A stretch of 34,289 nucleotides of DNA from Octopus bimaculoides (taxonomy: Eukaryota): positions 56,322,887 through 56,357,175 of the forward strand of contig NC_068994.1 in assembly GCF_001194135.2 (NCBI RefSeq), read 5' to 3'. Of the stretch, positions 9,633 to 20,589 are shown in pieces. Positions within the stretch are counted from its first letter, which is position 1, and each line of letters opens with the position of its first letter. The notes under the pieces are model-generated. The model was not told where the DNA came from. It did not search any database and saw nothing but the letters and a program-made list of their open reading frames with translations. The position numbers were made by a program, and so were the translations under genes.

Positions 9633-10305
9633 NNNNNNNNNNNNNNNNNNNNNNNNNNNNNNNNNNNNNNNNNNNNNNNNNNNNNNNNNNNNNNNNNNNN
9701 NNNNNNNNNNNNNNNNNNNNNNNNNNNNNNNNNNNNNNNNNNNNNNNNNNNNNNNNNNNNNNNNNNNNNNNNNNNNNNNNNNNNNNNNNNNNNNNNNNNN
9801 NNNNNNNNNNNNNNNNNNNNNNNNNNNNNNNNNNNNNNNNNNNNNNNNNNNNNNNNNNNNNNNNNNNNNNNNNNNNNNNNNNNNNNNNNNNNNNNNNNNN
9901 NNNNNNNNNNNNNNNNNNNNNNNNNNNNNNNNNNNNNNNNNNNNNNNNNNNNNNNNNNNNNNNNNNNNNNNNNNNNNNNNNNNNNNNNNNNNNNNNNNNN
10001 NNNNNNNNNNNNNNNNNNNNNNNNNNNNNNNNNNNNNNNNNNNNNNNNNNNNNNNNNNNNNNNNNNNNNNNNNNNNNNNNNNNNNNNNNNNNNNNNNNNN
10101 NNNNNNNNNNNNNNNNNNNNNNNNNNNNNNNNNNNNNNNNNNNNNNNNNNNNNNNNNNNNNNNNNNNNNNNNNNNNNNNNNNNNNNNNNNNNNNNNNNNN
10201 NNNNNNNNNNNNNNNNNNNNNNNNNNNNNNNNNNNNNNNNNNNNNNNNNNNNNNNNNNNNNNNNNNNNNNNNNNNNNNNNNNNNNNNNNNNNNNNNNNNN
10301 NNNNN
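9633..10305. other. Assembly gap (673 N)
   Basis: N run. Confidence 1.
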
Positions 10306-10522
10306 ATACATACATACACACATGTACGTATGTACATACATAGATGCTTACATGCATACACATACATGCAAGTTTACATACATACATAAACCGTGTTTTT
10401 ATAGCATGAATTTGAGTGTGTGTGTGTGTGTGTATACATTTCAAATGGAGTATATAATTTCCATGCATACAATGGCCTATTTACACAGCATACAAACATA
10501 TCAATCTATCTCTCTTCTTGTC

Positions 10523-10524
10523 TG

Positions 10525-10594
<70 letters not shown>

Positions 10595-10700
10595 CATCTA
10601 TCTGTCTGTCTATCGATCTAACTATATGTCTGTGTCTACATTCATCTACATGTATGTATGTATGTATGTATGTATGTATGTATGTATGTACGTACGTACA
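10523..10700. repeat. (TCTA)n followed by (ATGT)n microsatellites
   Basis: Direct read; source of the SIYL- and MYVC-repeat ORFs. Confidence 0.97.
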
Positions 10701-10911
10701 GACGTACATACATACACACATAGATTTGAAACATGTTTGCGTCCCTGCAATGATACCAGCATGGGCTTGACCACAAAAGTGGCTGAAAAATTACGACAAA
10801 AATGGCCGACAGAAATCAACTAAAAAACAAGAATGAACAGACACACACGCACACACAGTTTTCCAAAGTAGGTTAAACATGCCTCACTGAGAACATACAT
10901 CTAAACATCCG

Positions 10912-10942
<31 letters not shown>

Positions 10943-11480
10943 ACGCATGTATTTTTCTATGGGTGGATGGATGTGTAAAAGAATGGTAACCTAAATAATA
11001 CGTTTGTTCTCCCTTAAAATTGTGACCTTAATGCAAAGAGTAGGCTAGACGAGGGGGCTAACCCCTTTCCTCTGGGTACTGTGTACTGTTTATCAATCAG
11101 CCAGAAATAATGGGTGAGACTAGTAGGCTTTGCTTACTTCCACAACTACCAGTCGCTTATGGAATAAAACTGAGCTGCGGTCGTGGGATCGTGGTGTGTG
11201 TATGTGTGTGTGTATGTGTGTGTGTGTGTGTGTAGAAGTCGTACATATACACATGTACATGCATACATGTGAGAATGTATGTATATTGTTATTGTGCTGG
11301 TATGTTCATATTTCGGTAGAATTTACCCATATTTACTTATGCCAGTATACACACACATACACTCACACAATCAAATACACACACACACACACACACACGT
11401 ATGTATGTATGTATTAGATCAACAAATATAAATACCCCCATATCCAGCATACACACACACACATACATATATACACACAC

Positions 11481-11512
<32 letters not shown>

Positions 11513-11601
11513 ATATAAGCACGCACAGACACACACATTCTTTTCTGCGTTCCAGTCCATGTTAAGGCACCGCCAGTATAAATACGCACACACACACACA
11601 C

Positions 11602-12270
11602 NNNNNNNNNNNNNNNNNNNNNNNNNNNNNNNNNNNNNNNNNNNNNNNNNNNNNNNNNNNNNNNNNNNNNNNNNNNNNNNNNNNNNNNNNNNNNNNNNNN
11701 NNNNNNNNNNNNNNNNNNNNNNNNNNNNNNNNNNNNNNNNNNNNNNNNNNNNNNNNNNNNNNNNNNNNNNNNNNNNNNNNNNNNNNNNNNNNNNNNNNNN
11801 NNNNNNNNNNNNNNNNNNNNNNNNNNNNNNNNNNNNNNNNNNNNNNNNNNNNNNNNNNNNNNNNNNNNNNNNNNNNNNNNNNNNNNNNNNNNNNNNNNNN
11901 NNNNNNNNNNNNNNNNNNNNNNNNNNNNNNNNNNNNNNNNNNNNNNNNNNNNNNNNNNNNNNNNNNNNNNNNNNNNNNNNNNNNNNNNNNNNNNNNNNNN
12001 NNNNNNNNNNNNNNNNNNNNNNNNNNNNNNNNNNNNNNNNNNNNNNNNNNNNNNNNNNNNNNNNNNNNNNNNNNNNNNNNNNNNNNNNNNNNNNNNNNNN
12101 NNNNNNNNNNNNNNNNNNNNNNNNNNNNNNNNNNNNNNNNNNNNNNNNNNNNNNNNNNNNNNNNNNNNNNNNNNNNNNNNNNNNNNNNNNNNNNNNNNNN
12201 NNNNNNNNNNNNNNNNNNNNNNNNNNNNNNNNNNNNNNNNNNNNNNNNNNNNNNNNNNNNNNNNNNNNNN
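11602..12270. other. Assembly gap (669 N)
   Basis: N run. Confidence 1.
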
Positions 12271-12537
12271 TGTTATAGGGAGAGTCAGTTTCAATTAACA
12301 TGTGGTGAAGCGTGAATGGAGAGGAAAAAGTCGAGAGAAGCGTTTCGTTTTCAATCAACGAAAATCAAACATTTCGGAAGTTCACCTACGACTATGATGT
12401 GTGTGTGTGTGTGTGTGTGTAAGGAAGTTCGTAATGATTCAATAATATGCAATACATGCACGTAAAGTTAGGATTGTGAATAAAGAGCGAACCCACGTAC
12501 CAGGATGACGATGACACAACTTTTAGAAATGGGGGTT

Positions 12538-12540
<3 letters not shown>

Positions 12541-12610
<70 letters not shown>
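12541..12610. repeat. (TG)n microsatellite abutting a SINE tail
   Basis: Direct read. Confidence 0.98.
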
Positions 12611-12612
<2 letters not shown>

Positions 12613-12613
<1 letters not shown>

Positions 12614-13011
12614 ATTCTTTTACTTGTTTCAGTCATTACTTGATTGCGGCCATGCTGGAGCAGCGCCTTTTAGTCGAAGAAATCGACCCCACCCCACAAA
12701 AAAAACCCCACGACTTTTTCTTTGTAAGCCCGGTACTTATTGTATCGGTCATTTATGCCGAACTGCTAAGTTACGAGGACGTAAGCACACAAACATCGGT
12801 TGTCAAGCGATGGTGAGAGGACAAGCACAGACACACAAACATATACATATATGTATGTATATATATATATATATATACGACGGGCTTCTTTTCAGTTTCC
12901 GTCTACCAAATCCACTCACAAGGCTTTGGTCGGACCGAGGCTATAGTAGAAGACACTTGCCCAAGATGCCACGCAGTGGGACTGAACCGGGAACCATGTG
13001 GTTGGGAAGCG
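12613..13011 (-). mobile_element. tRNA-derived SINE, family A, near full length
   Basis: High similarity to 33292-33682 and 19210-19538, with an internal CA/TA tract, a CORE-like atcttgggcaagtgtcttc block on the minus strand and the B-box-like CGGTTCAGTCC. Confidence 0.93.
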
Positions 13012-13080
13012 CGTGTGTCTGTAGATGGATCGATAGATGAATAGATAGATAGATAGATAGACGCATAACACATTACATAT

Positions 13081-13090
13081 NNNNNNNNNN
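13081..13090. other. Assembly gap (10 N placeholder)
   Basis: N run. Confidence 1.
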
Positions 13091-13277
13091 TCAGGGGAAC
13101 AGAATGTGACAAGGCTGGACCTTTGAATAACAGGTACGACTCATTTTTGCCAGCTGAGTGGCGTGGAGAAATGTGAAATGAAATGCCTTGCCCGAGGGCA
13201 CAACGCGCAGCCGGGAATTGAACTCACAACCTTACGGATCTCAGAGCCGAATGCCCTAACAACTAAGCCATGTGCCT
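13091..13277 (-). mobile_element. tRNA-derived SINE, family B1 (tRNA head, CORE-like segment, family B tail)
   Basis: Minus strand aggcacaTGGCTTAGTTGttagggc (A box) ... GAGTTCAATTCC (B box) ... gccctcgggcaaggcatttc. The plus-strand segment gtgacaaggctggacctttgaataacaggtac is shared with ~16136-16167. Confidence 0.85.
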
Positions 13278-13445
13278 TTACAGTTAGTTTGATGGGTACC
13301 ACACACGCAGCTCTCCGTCCTCAGTCACCTTTGCAACTTTCTGTCGATTAAAAATAACTACACACGTACGTACGTACATACATACATACATACATATAAA
13401 CATATCCCTGCATTTCATCCTTCCGAGGCCACACATACACACACA

Positions 13446-13476
<31 letters not shown>

Positions 13477-13924
13477 TCCAGTTCTCTTATACTTTATTTT
13501 AATCAATTCGTAAATCGATTAAAATAAGCAACCAGATTCTATAAAACGCACTGGTGTGCTGATTAAGAGCATATGAAATAAACTGAACACACTCGCTAAT
13601 GTACTTTTGAAGGAAGAAAAACAAGAATGGAAGTCACAGCACTCCCTCACACCACTCTACCCCCCCACCATCCAATTCCCTTGTCTAAGAAGAATTTGTA
13701 ACGACCTTGGCGTTACAAGAAACAACAAAAAAATGTGTATGTCTATAATTATTATTCCAGAGACCCGTACCGGCGAGACGTGAGGGTACACGGTCTTTCG
13801 TCCGTATCTCTTTGCCATAGTAAACGAGAGAAATAAACTTAAATCTTTTACTTGCACTTGCTAACATGTACAATTTATTAGTGCAAACAGAGAACCTGGA
13901 AATTGGGCAAATTTAATAGTGGGT

Positions 13925-14400
13925 CTCCGTCGTTCGACTACGAAGATAGAATTGTTTGACCGAGTGAATTTACCTGCTTTTGAATTAACGTGTTACGTGG
14001 CTGAATATTCTAGACACTTGAAACCGTTAACGTAGGCATGGGAAACCTTTTTTCGAGAAGCGGGCCACATAAGACGTGGCTCATCGGCAGGCGGGCCGCA
14101 CTACTAAAAAGACAAAAATCAAGGCCATTTTTCGTTAGGTGTGCCATTCAGAAATCCCACGGGCCGCAGTTTGCCTATGATTGCCTTAACGTAACTCTCA
14201 AGGAGAATCAGTGTGAGTTTGTGGTAATAAGATTGTTACGTTCGAATTACAGGTGCAATCCATCTGACAGGCTTCTGTACAGTATCCGCCTTTCTAATTT
14301 CCTTCACAAGGCATGAGTCGACCAGAAGCTAAAGAAAATGACATTTTATCAAAAATACCACGAAGCGAAATCGAACTTGAGACCTCCAGGCTGTGAAACG
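13925..14400 (-). mobile_element. Diverged SINE with a family A head and family B tail, interrupted by a hAT MITE
   Basis: 13925-14250 aligns to 15993-16167 (ctccgtcg..., aattaacgtg...gtggctga..., ccttaacgta..., gaattacaggt). 14260-14400 aligns to the family A 5' module (gacaggcttc...cagt.tccg...tcacaaggc...gtcg). Confidence 0.7.
14033..14183. mobile_element. hAT (Buster-like) MITE, 151 bp
   Basis: 8-bp TSD CGTTAACG (14025-14032) and CCTTAACG (14184-14191), 7/8 identical with central TA. Ends TAGGCATGGGAAAC versus CAATCATAGGCAAAC. The homologous SINE at ~16086 shows the single empty site ccttaatg. Confidence 0.85.
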
Positions 14401-14959
14401 AACTTTTAAATCATTCAGCCATACTGCTACGACTGGGCAAAATTACAAAAATCATAAAGCCTACCCCGGCAAAATCCCCACCCTGAGACAAGTAATATCG
14501 TAGAGATACAGCAATCACCCTACTTATATTTGTACACCAAAAATGTCCAAAGAGAATATTTAATTCTAATCCTTTACACCACAAATCCACAAACCTCATT
14601 CTCTTTCTCTCTCTAGCTCACAACATGGATTTAGAGCACGGTGGGGCGAGGTCTTCGACGACTGTGATACTCAAACCCTTAAAGGTTTTGTTAGTTTTGT
14701 AATAAATGGTCAATACAGCATTGGTGGATGAATAATTTCTTGTTAATACAAGATTAATAGTTTCATGCAATCATTCAATCGTAGTATGAATGGTTAGTAG
14801 CAACATTGCTTCGCCTTGTATTATAAGAGACGCCGTCTTCGTGTACGGCGTACTTTGGGCAGGTTTTCGACCTGGCGGAGTCCATCGATCAATGAGTGTA
14901 ACAACAGCCATTCTCTTCCAGAAAGAGATGCACACAGACAGAAAGAAAGAAAACGAAAA

Positions 14960-15055
14960 AGAATCGCTATTCGGTATAGTATTGGTGCCTTATTTATCGA
15001 CGCTGATTGGAAGAAAACATTATCATCGATTCGACCTCGAGATTAATTCAAATTG
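14960..15055 (-). mobile_element. Highly diverged family M SINE fragment
   Basis: ttggtgccttatttatcgacgc...ttcgacctcgag aligns to ctggtacttatttcatcgacc...gtcgacctcggc. Confidence 0.5.
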
Positions 15056-15984
15056 ATAGCATCGATGAGCAGAAGTAAGTGCGAAATATACGTATCTGTC
15101 CTTGTCGTTCACGCCCGGAGAGATTTGCTTCGCCTTCCATTGAAGTATAGTGTGTTTTTTCTACACACCACTGCATTAAAAGGACCTTCCCTGGAGGAAA
15201 TAACGCAGCCCCAAAGCGTTTAACACGCATACATTATGGGACATTGATATGTCTGGGTGTGTATGTTTGTATGTTATGTATATATGTATGTATCTGAGTG
15301 TGTATATAAATAGAAACGCATAAAGGGAATGTGATAACTGACAATGAATTATCAACAACGTTGCTTCTTCGAGGAATATCCAAATGTTCCCAATGCAAAG
15401 GTGGTAAGGTCAACTCAGATGTATGTTATACATAGCAAACTGGATTGAAATTATCCACGCAGTTAGTACACATAAAGTTCCTCTATTGGTGTATTAAAAT
15501 CTAAAAAAAAAAAATGAAAAAAATACAGAACGAAACAAAAGAAAGCAAAGCTAATGTCCCAGGGACTTCCATCAGGGGAGAGTGAGGTGTGCGTGCACGC
15601 GCGTGTGTGTATGTGAGAGAGGGAGAAGAGAAACGAGGTTAATGGCCCGTACACGTGTAAATCGCATTCAGACACCAGGCTTATATCTTTTGAATGGATG
15701 TAAGCTACAAGTCTTTATTCTTTATATAAAATCTGACCTGATTTTTCTGTTTCTAATTGTTCACAGAATGAATTAAAAGGGTTTTATGATGAAAGTCACA
15801 AATCGTATTCAAACGAAACAACGACCGAGGGATTCTTTTAAAAGGCCGCACGAGTCGCGGATCTTCTGATATTTCTGAAGTTTCTCAAATTTTCACCAGA
15901 TTATTCTGACTTTTAAATGTAGTTCTGGTATAGTTTTGCATGGCCACGACGAAAATCGCACTCATTATTTCGAGAAATTAATGC

Positions 15985-16367
15985 TGTTGGCACTCCGTCG
16001 CTTACGACGTCGAGGGTTCCAGTTGATCCGATCAACGGAACAGCCTGCTCGTGAAATTAACGTGCAAATGGCTGAGCACTCCACAGACACGTGTACCCTT
16101 AATGTAGTTCTCGGGGATATTCAGCGTGACACAGTGTGACAAGACTGACCCTTTGAATTACAGGTACAACAGAAACAGGAAATAAGAGTGAGAGAAAGTT
16201 GTGGTGAAAGAGTACAGCAGGGTTCGCCACCCCCACCCTCTGCGGGAACCTCGTGGAACTTTAGGTGTTTTCGCTCAATAAACACTCACAACGCCCGGTC
16301 TGGGAATCGAAACCACGATCCTATGACCGCGAGTCCGTTGCCCTAACCGCTGGGCCATTGCGCCTCC
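15985..16367 (-). mobile_element. tRNA-derived SINE, family B2, full length
   Basis: Minus strand ggaggcgcaaTGGCCCAGCGGttagggcaacggactcgcggtcataggatcgtGGTTTCGATTCCcagacc carries A and B boxes, followed by a non-tRNA body and the family B tail. Confidence 0.9.
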
Positions 16368-16519
16368 ACTCTAGAAATTAATAACAAAGAAATTACAAGC
16401 AGTTACAGTTACGCATTTTTAGCCAGTCAAAAACGTCCATAGCCAACATGTCACCGGTCGGAATTGCGTGTTGTCACGGAAACCAGCAAAAAGCAAGATA
16501 AGACAATGGAGAATGTAAC

Positions 16520-16700
16520 CATTACGTGGTCTCTGCTAAATATAGCAGCCAAATCTTACTCAAATTGCACCTCAGTCTTAAATGTCTCACAAAAAGGAAC
16601 GATACACTGAGTGATATATAATGAAACAAAGAGGATCTCCGTCACTTTCGACAATGGTTAGTCAATTGTTCGATCAACTAACTAAACTACTCCACTCGTT
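16520..16700 (+). mobile_element. Diverged dispersed repeat, probably SINE-derived; related copy at ~25320-25450
   Basis: ctgctaaatatagcagccaaatcttactcaaattgcacc (16553) versus gcgctagaaatagcagcgaagcgtcttaactcacacc (25331). Confidence 0.45.
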
Positions 16701-16918
16701 GAATCGGTGCGCAAATGGCATGTATGCATACACTTGCATCGACAGTTCAACCTTCATAAGAACCCAACAACATATTTACAAACACCGGGAACTCTCTTAG
16801 CTCAAAAAGTCTTGTCACGTTGTTAGCGACCGACTTGAATTCTCTTTAAGAACCGAGATAAAACTCGAAGAAAAATCATACATACACACATATATGCTTA
16901 CACACACACACACACACC

Positions 16919-16954
<36 letters not shown>

Positions 16955-16989
16955 GGCACGCATTTCTCGGAAAAGGCGGGCCATGCTTG

Positions 16990-17105
16990 GTCTACACGAC
17001 AGGCTTTCTATACTGCTTCCGTCTGGCCCGTTTCGCACGTAAGGCTTGGATCTGCTCTGTGCTGTAACTAAAAGTCAATTTCCCAACGTGTCGCGCACTA
17101 GGATC
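16990..17105 (-). mobile_element. Diverged family A SINE 5' module
   Basis: acacgacaggctttc...cttccgtct...cacgtaaggcttgg...tttcccaacgtgtcgcgcactaggatcga aligns to family A. Confidence 0.55.
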
Positions 17106-17212
17106 GATCAGAGGGGACTCGTGACTGTTAATCGAACGTTTTAACCATTCGATCATGTGTGTGTGCGTATGTATGTGTGTCTATGTTTGTGTGTGAGAGA
17201 GAGGGAAAGAGA

Positions 17213-17243
<31 letters not shown>

Positions 17244-17803
17244 NNNNNNNNNNNNNNNNNNNNNNNNNNNNNNNNNNNNNNNNNNNNNNNNNNNNNNNNN
17301 NNNNNNNNNNNNNNNNNNNNNNNNNNNNNNNNNNNNNNNNNNNNNNNNNNNNNNNNNNNNNNNNNNNNNNNNNNNNNNNNNNNNNNNNNNNNNNNNNNNN
17401 NNNNNNNNNNNNNNNNNNNNNNNNNNNNNNNNNNNNNNNNNNNNNNNNNNNNNNNNNNNNNNNNNNNNNNNNNNNNNNNNNNNNNNNNNNNNNNNNNNNN
17501 NNNNNNNNNNNNNNNNNNNNNNNNNNNNNNNNNNNNNNNNNNNNNNNNNNNNNNNNNNNNNNNNNNNNNNNNNNNNNNNNNNNNNNNNNNNNNNNNNNNN
17601 NNNNNNNNNNNNNNNNNNNNNNNNNNNNNNNNNNNNNNNNNNNNNNNNNNNNNNNNNNNNNNNNNNNNNNNNNNNNNNNNNNNNNNNNNNNNNNNNNNNN
17701 NNNNNNNNNNNNNNNNNNNNNNNNNNNNNNNNNNNNNNNNNNNNNNNNNNNNNNNNNNNNNNNNNNNNNNNNNNNNNNNNNNNNNNNNNNNNNNNNNNNN
17801 NNN
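17244..17803. other. Assembly gap (560 N), preceded by (GA)n
   Basis: N run. Confidence 1.
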
Positions 17804-18066
17804 ATATAGTGTGTGTGTGTGTGTGCGTGAGGTCTTGCCGTTGTATTCACTAAACGGAAAGCATCACAAAAGGGGTTTTCTTCTCACCGTCTGCTCTATT
17901 TGTTCAGTGAGAGGTATACAGCCAGCTACACTATTCGCCAACTCGGTCAATATAAACACGTTTGCGTGTGTATGTGTGCGTGTGTGTGTGTGTGAGTATG
18001 TGTGTGTAGGTACACTATGTTTACACACACGTATGTGTATGCATGTATGTATGTGTATATATATAT

Positions 18067-18248
18067 GGGAGAATGTACGAAAAAACAACAACAGACGAGG
18101 ACAGGTGGTGTAAACAACAAAAGGATGTATTAGTATGACGCTCGGGAATACGGAAAGTCTTTGACGTTTCGAGCTACGCTCTTCAACAGAAAGAATACGG
18201 AGACAAGGAGAAAAACACGGAGAAAAAAAATTGAATAGTGTTCAGTCA
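18067..18248 (-). mobile_element. Penelope-like element terminal (pLTR) fragment, truncated by a gap
   Basis: Contains a GAAACGUC minimal-hammerhead signature, a direct repeat GAATACGGA (18146-18154 and 18193-18201), and ends against a (TA)n tract on the minus strand. These are typical features of PLE ends. Confidence 0.65.
18158..18194 (-). ncRNA. Minimal type-I hammerhead-like motif with variant core (CUGUUGA)
   Basis: Minus strand reads ucuuu-CUGUUGA-a-GAGC gua GCUC-GAAA-CGUC^-aaaga. Helix I has 5 bp, helix II has 4 bp, and helix III is the loopless palindrome ACGU. The predicted GUC cleavage follows 18163. Confidence 0.68.
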
Positions 18249-18378
18249 NNNNNNNNNNNNNNNNNNNNNNNNNNNNNNNNNNNNNNNNNNNNNNNNNNNN
18301 NNNNNNNNNNNNNNNNNNNNNNNNNNNNNNNNNNNNNNNNNNNNNNNNNNNNNNNNNNNNNNNNNNNNNNNNNNNNNN
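18249..18378. other. Assembly gap (130 N)
   Basis: N run. Confidence 1.
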
Positions 18379-18418
<40 letters not shown>

Positions 18419-19209
18419 GTATGTATAGTCACACGCACACATTTATACGTGAGTACGTGAGTGGATGTGTAAGTATAAATAATATTCATACATACGTATG
18501 TACATACGTAAATATACACATTTATATATACACATATATATATTCAGACACACACACACACACACACACAAATATATACTCACACGAACACACACAAATA
18601 CATGCATATATATATATTTTCATAGACATACGTATACATATATAGTGTATGTGTGTATATATATATATACATATATATTTGGAAATGGATGCGTGGCGTT
18701 CAATTAAATAATAAATAGTATGTATACACACACACACATATCTACAAATATATACACATCCATACATATATATGAATATACACACATATTTAAACATAAA
18801 AAGAGTCACATTTGCCCTTCTATTGCAAGTATAAAGTCACCCGAACGGAGCTTTTCAGTTCTTTATACTATTTACCAGACAAAAAATATTTTCAGATTTT
18901 CAAAAAACTTTCGAAGTACTTTCCCTAAGCCCTTTTGTTCTTACCCTGTTTAATCCATGATTAACCCTAATCGAGTACGTTGATAATCAGACACATTCCT
19001 AAATAAAATACGGCAACTTCAGAAGTACAGTACTCGATGAGTTCTTTTTCTGCAATAAGCTTGAGCAGGGGTCAACAAAATTCTTATAACACTCACGTTT
19101 TTATGGAACCATTAAGAATTTAATAACCCACCATCGTCGAAATTTCTAAAACAAAATTTGAACGAAAATATATAAAACAGATGTCCTGGTTTAAAAACGA
19201 AAATTCCTT

Positions 19210-19538
19210 AATTCTTTTACTTGTTTCAGGCATTTGACTGCAGTCATGCTGGAGCACCGCCTTTAGTCGAACAAATCAACTTATTCTTTGCAAGCCTAGT
19301 CATTATTCTATCGATCTATTTTGCCGAACCGCTAATTTACGGGGACGTAAACACACTAGCAATGGTTGTCAAGCTATGGTGGGGGAACAAATACAGACAC
19401 ACAAACACACACATATATATATATGATGGGCTTCTTTCAGTTTCTGTCTACCAAATTTACTCACAAGGTTTTGATCGGCCCGTGGGTTTAGTACAAGACA
19501 CTTGCCCAAGGTGCCACGCAGTGGGACTGAACCCAGAA
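19210..19538 (-). mobile_element. tRNA-derived SINE, family A, slightly 5'-truncated
   Basis: Collinear with 12613-13011 and 33292-33682. Confidence 0.92.
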
Positions 19539-19729
19539 CACTTTTTAATAAAAAATATTTAAAGAAGTTTCATGAAAATATTTTTAAAATTTAATCATGA
19601 AGAATAAAAATTCACTGATATTATGTTGATAAATCGTCAGAGTATTTAACGTAAAGTATGCAATTTGGCGAATGCAACTTAATATTGATTTCAAATTTTG
19701 TCACAAAGCCAGTATTTTCAGGGAAGGGG

Positions 19730-19880
19730 TTAAGTTGATTACCAGTGTTCAACTGGTACTTCTTTATATCGACCCCGAAGAGATGAAAGGCAGAGTCGAC
19801 CTCAGTAGTATTTGAACACAGAACGTAGACAGATGAAATGCTACTAAGTATTTTGTCTGACGCACTAAAGATTCTGCCGA
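19730..19880 (-). mobile_element. Family M (Meta-domain-like) tRNA SINE
   Basis: caactggtacttctttatatcgaccccgaagagatgaaaggcagagtcgacctcagtagtatttgaacacagaacg...gattctgcc matches the copies at 27170-27388 and 28635-28830. Confidence 0.85.
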
Positions 19881-20399
19881 TTATTTGTCTTTGGAAACTA
19901 ATCCATACTGCATAGATGCTTAGCAGGAAATTAGTAAGTTTTAGCCTTAAATTACCCACCCTTTTCCAGATTTAATTCACTAATAATTCAGTGGCCTTAA
20001 TGTTCAAAATCATTTCAGGTTTTATCAACGCCTTTGCAAGCCACATAGACCCTCAGGGGGTCCATATTGACCCCTGAGGTAGCGGAGAGTCCTTGCCAAT
20101 CCCTGCATTTGACTAAGAAAAATGCACCTAGTGGGTGCGCTTCCTGTGTTAAGAAAAATCATCTGGAACAAGGTTTCATAAACTGAGATAAATTCACACA
20201 GAAGTGGTGGAGGGCTTTTGTGTATCCATGAAGAAAATTTGCTGTTTCTTTATATGGACATAGCTTTATTTACAATTGAAGTTTTACAAAATCTGAAGCG
20301 AAGAAGGAAGTTTAAAATAGGAGGGTTTTGTGAAAAAATGTAGTCATTGTCTTCTTTGCGATCACTTTGGACTTAACGATCCGTATTTATAATCTTTAT

Positions 20400-20500
20400 T
20401 ATGATCCTCTTTTCCATGGTCATATGGTTGGGACAAAATTTTGTTGAGGTGAATTTCTTAGGCAGGGATGCTCTTCCTGTCACCAGCCTCCACCTGTTTC
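20400..20500 (-). mobile_element. RTE-type tail module fragment
   Basis: ccatggtcatatggttgggac...ggatgctcttcctgtcaccagcc corresponds to ccatgctggcatgggttggac...agatgcccttccccacgccaacc at ~8942-9058. Confidence 0.55.
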
Positions 20501-20589
20501 CAAGCAAGATAATATTCTCACAACCAGATATGTTTTAACACAAGATTTGTTTACAACCATCATGTGATACTAAGACAAAGTCACATTAG

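Noticed and set aside
12271-12358. Minus-strand peptide ...TLHHMLIETDSPYN resembling the TatD nuclease motif (LDRLLLETDSPY)
   Set aside because: There is an in-frame TGA just upstream, no AG acceptor between that stop and the motif, and no ATG before the final methionine. The motif runs into a gap. Most likely chance; worth re-checking only if the gap 11602-12270 is filled.
14884-15066. Cluster of ATCGAT/ATCAAT (Cut/Onecut-like) sites
   Set aside because: Partly explained by a decayed family M SINE, a family rich in atcga words throughout the window.
16285-16367. tRNA-like sequence with A and B boxes (also 13200-13277 and 33620-33682)
   Set aside because: No complete cloverleaf or acceptor stem, and it continues directly into SINE bodies. 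These are SINE heads, not tRNA genes.
19066-20076. caggggtcaa ... ttgacccctg as TIRs of a 1-kb hAT element
   Set aside because: The flanks (agcttgag versus aggtagcg) give no 8-bp TSD, and the right-hand word is already explained by a local hairpin.
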